This document shows, one piece after another, positions 60,992 to 64,000 of a stretch of DNA of 64,000 nt. This stretch comes from Eledone cirrhosa. Taxonomy: Eukaryota. The position numbers and the translations under genes are program-made. Location of the stretch: contig OZ024740.1 of assembly GCA_964016885.1 (NCBI GenBank), positions 330,522,001 through 330,586,000 of the forward strand, in the 5' to 3' direction. The stretch's first letter is position 1, and each line of letters starts with the position of its first letter. The notes beneath the pieces were generated by a model. That model had not been told where the DNA came from, ran no database searches, and saw only the letters and a program-made list of their open reading frames with translations.

Positions 60992-62396
60992 GTTCTTCTG
61001 GTTTTATAATTTCACAAAGTTTTACCAATAGAGAGAGAGTCGGTTTCTAACATAGACACAAGACTCTCTCATTGGAATTTACACAACATCAACTAGGTAG
61101 AAATGTATGTATTGATGCATGTGTAGATATGGATGTTATTGTATGTGTGGATGTGTATGTTTTGAGTTGTATGTGTGAATGTGTATATGCTTTGTATCTG
61201 TACATGTGTATATGCAGCTAGTAGATGCAAAATGTTTGGAATGTTTTACATATTTTTACTGTTCCATTAATGGATTGTACTTTCCTAAGTAGTTGTGTTC
61301 ATTCTGATCATGTGAAGCCTAGCTTCTCAGGATTTGTATTGAGGCAGTTACTAACATATCCCAGTGCCCCAATAATCAAAGGCATAAATTTGAAGGTGTA
61401 ATCAGGGTGGAGTATCTGCAGATTTCTCATCAGTTCTGAATAACTATTCTCCTTTTCACTAATCTTTGATATTATATTGGCATCTGCTGAGCAGCTAATT
61501 TTCACTACTGTGCATGTTTTCTTCTCCCTGTCCCATATCATAATATCGGTACTCTTTCATATTATGTACATGGATGTCTTCCACATTGTTGTAGCATTTA
61601 ATGTGTTTATTATCGTGGCTATCTTTTTTACGAACTGCATTGTAGAGTGTTTTGGCTACTACATCATGCCTCATAGGTAGATAGTACCACGATGACATCT
61701 TTGGAGAGCTGCTGATGACATGGGTGATATCCTCGATGTTAGTTCTGCAGAGTCTGCACTTGTTATCACATCTATGTGTTTTGTCTGCATCCCTATTTCT
61801 TTTGTGAATCAGGTATTTCGTGCTAATCTCCTATTCCTGGATTGTAAAAGCGTATCCTTCAAAGTGGGAGCCAATATAGCGGTTGTTGGTCCAAAATAGA
61901 CTACTTTCCTTATTTATATTACTCTCACTCTGGAGCTTCCTGGCAACATATCTATGCATGATTTTTTGCTGATAGGCATGCAGTTTTTCATCCATGGATT
62001 CACTGCCAAACTGCTGAGCGACATCCCCGGGTGTGAGTTTTTGATTATCACACAAGGAATATCTCTCAAGGAGTTCCTTCCCAACTCATGATCTTATCTG
62101 TTTCATCCAGATAGACTTGCTCGAGAAACGAGCTCCTACGATTCGAGGTTCGTAGATGTTGTCGGAGAGATATGATGCGACATTCAAATGTTGTCTGGAC
62201 TGATGTTAGGCCTCTGCCTCCCTGCTTACCTTTCAAGTAAAGGCGGTCTATGTAACTGTTGATGTGGAAGTTTCCGGTGTTGTTCAGTATTTTTCGAGTT
62301 CCAACATCAACAGCTCGGATTTCGTCTATCGTCCAATTGAGTATTCCAAACGTTGGTGTTAGGACAGGCACAGAATTGTGAGCCACTGTTTTGTTT

Positions 62397-62398
<2 letters not shown>
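60992..62398 (-). mobile_element. 5'-truncated R4/Dong-like non-LTR retrotransposon (RLE endonuclease) in (TACA)n
   Basis: PVLTPTFGILNWT...TRKIL...FH...DRLYL....GGRGL; CRLC...HVIS..RHDVVAK zinc knuckle; MIWDRE..C.VV.ISC RLE region. 3' UTR hairpin at 61025-61076; frameshifted. Confidence 0.88.
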
Positions 62399-62428
<30 letters not shown>

Positions 62429-62482
62429 TGTATGTATGTATGTATGTATGTATGTATGTATGTATGTATGTATGTATGTTGT

Positions 62483-63090
62483 GTCAGGTCACCAGTTGGT
62501 GCTACTGGTAACATGTATCCCAGTACAACCTGTCCCATGGTCGGGTCGTTGGTGACTAAACTGGCAACCCCACCAAGGTTTCTTGGTGAGGAGGGTGACT
62601 TTTGACATCCTGCAGGACTAAAAACAAAACCTGTCAAAGGGCAAAGGAGCTCTTTAGAGTCAATGGCCATCCAAAATCACTGGGAGAGATGACCCCTTAG
62701 CCTTTGTCAAGGCAGAATTCTAGGAGAAGGAAAACTCTGATATAACACCTGCAACTCTGATGGTATCCAATGATGTTGACTTGTTCTTCTTTTTGGTAAA
62801 TATTATCTTGATTAAGAGAGTGGGACTGGCTTTGTGCAGTGCCTTTGCTCACTATAAAAGCTTCACGGCACAGGCATTGCTTTATATCTGGAGATCTCTC
62901 TGCACTTGTCGTCACATGGTACCATTGGCCCAGCACTATGTGTCAATAATTGTCACAGGTGTAGTGTTTGTACAGAGTTTTCAAGTCGCTGGCTGGACTA
63001 AAAAGTCACACTTGTTCAGCGCATTAGTAGGGGTTCTCCTACATGGATATAAAGTAGTGGCCGTACTCGAAAACGAGTTGGCAGCCACCA
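62483..63090 (+). mobile_element. ~610 bp non-autonomous RTE-like element, copy 1
   Basis: RTE 5' UTR-like motifs (ctaaactggcaacc, ctaggagaaggaaaactctga), a 3' stem-loop and an (ATGT)n tail; no recognisable ORF. Confidence 0.75.
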
Positions 63091-63131
63091 TGTATGTATG
63101 TATGTATGTATGTATGTATGTATGTATATAT

Positions 63132-63726
63132 GTCAGGTCACCAGTTGGTGCTACTGGTAACATGTATTCCAGTACAACATGTCCCATGGTCGGGTCTTTG
63201 GCGACTAAACTGGCAACCTTCCAATGTTTCTTGGTGAGGGGGTGCCTTTGGACTAAAAACAAAACTTGTCAAAGGGCAAAGGAGCTCTTAAGAATCAATG
63301 GCCATCCAAAATCACTGGTAGAGATAACCCCTTAGCCTTTCTCAAGGCAGAATTCTAGGAGAAGGAAAACTCTGATATAACACCTGCAACCCTGATGGTA
63401 TCCAATGATGTTGACTTGTTCGTCTTTTTGATAAATATCATCTTGGTTAAGAGAGTGGGACTGGCTTTGTGCAGTGTCTTTGCTCACTATAAAAGCTTCA
63501 CGGCACAGGCATTGCTTTATATCTGGAGATCTATTTGCACTTGTCGTCATATGGTACCATGGGCCCAGCAATATATGTCAATAATTATCACAAGTGTAGT
63601 GTCTGTACCAGAGTTTTCAAATCGCTAGCTGGACTAAAAAGTCACGCTCGTTCAGCGCATTGGCAGGGGTTTTCCTACATGGATATAGGGTAATGGCCGT
63701 ACTCGAAAACGAGTTGGCAGCCACCA
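63132..63726 (+). mobile_element. ~600 bp non-autonomous RTE-like element, copy 2 (tandem)
   Basis: Diverged direct repeat of 62483-63090, separated by (TATG)n. Confidence 0.8.
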
Positions 63727-63740
63727 TGTATATATGTATG

Positions 63741-63835
<95 letters not shown>

Positions 63836-64000
63836 ATATCATTTATATTTTTATATATTTTTATATCTGTATATCTCTTTGACCCGAAATAGGCGATCGA
63901 ATTTTCGCTGTGTGGATGATTAGTTTAACCACCATCTCAGTGTGTTTGTCCTTTAACGTAAGTTGTAAGCTCTAATTCATATGAATTATCGAGCGTTTGC

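Noticed and set aside
62760-63335. 191-aa ORF in the tandem unit
   Set aside because: Runs through a microsatellite, and the frame is broken in the other two copies.

Overview
AT-rich, microsatellite-saturated animal genomic DNA; the Nin-domain and tRNA SINEs plus very dense (TA)n suggest a cephalopod such as Octopus, which is an inference. I recognise no host gene, and almost all short ORFs in the track are microsatellite translations. The window is dominated by Penelope-like retroelements (PLEs) of at least three coding types: Neptune-like at 3.9-6.9 kb and 15.2-17.2 kb, Poseidon-like at 1.4-2.8 kb and 50.1-53.2 kb, and Naiad-like at 2.85-3.8, 12.1-12.9 and 47.6-48.3 kb. It also holds an internally deleted mariner, RTE, CR1-like, Tx1-like and R4/Dong-like LINE fragments, a tandem non-autonomous RTE-like element and SINEs. 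The main hidden layer is non-coding. By hand I find about 20 type I hammerhead ribozyme (HHR) motifs from roughly 10 PLE pLTR families. They include catalytic-core variants (U3-A8 covariation, U4C, U4A) and 78-90 nt stem II inserts. Many sit in ORF-less fold-back palindromes inside (TA)n, the largest a spacer-less 862 bp palindrome at 31936-32797. All folds were paired by eye and ribozyme activity is untested.
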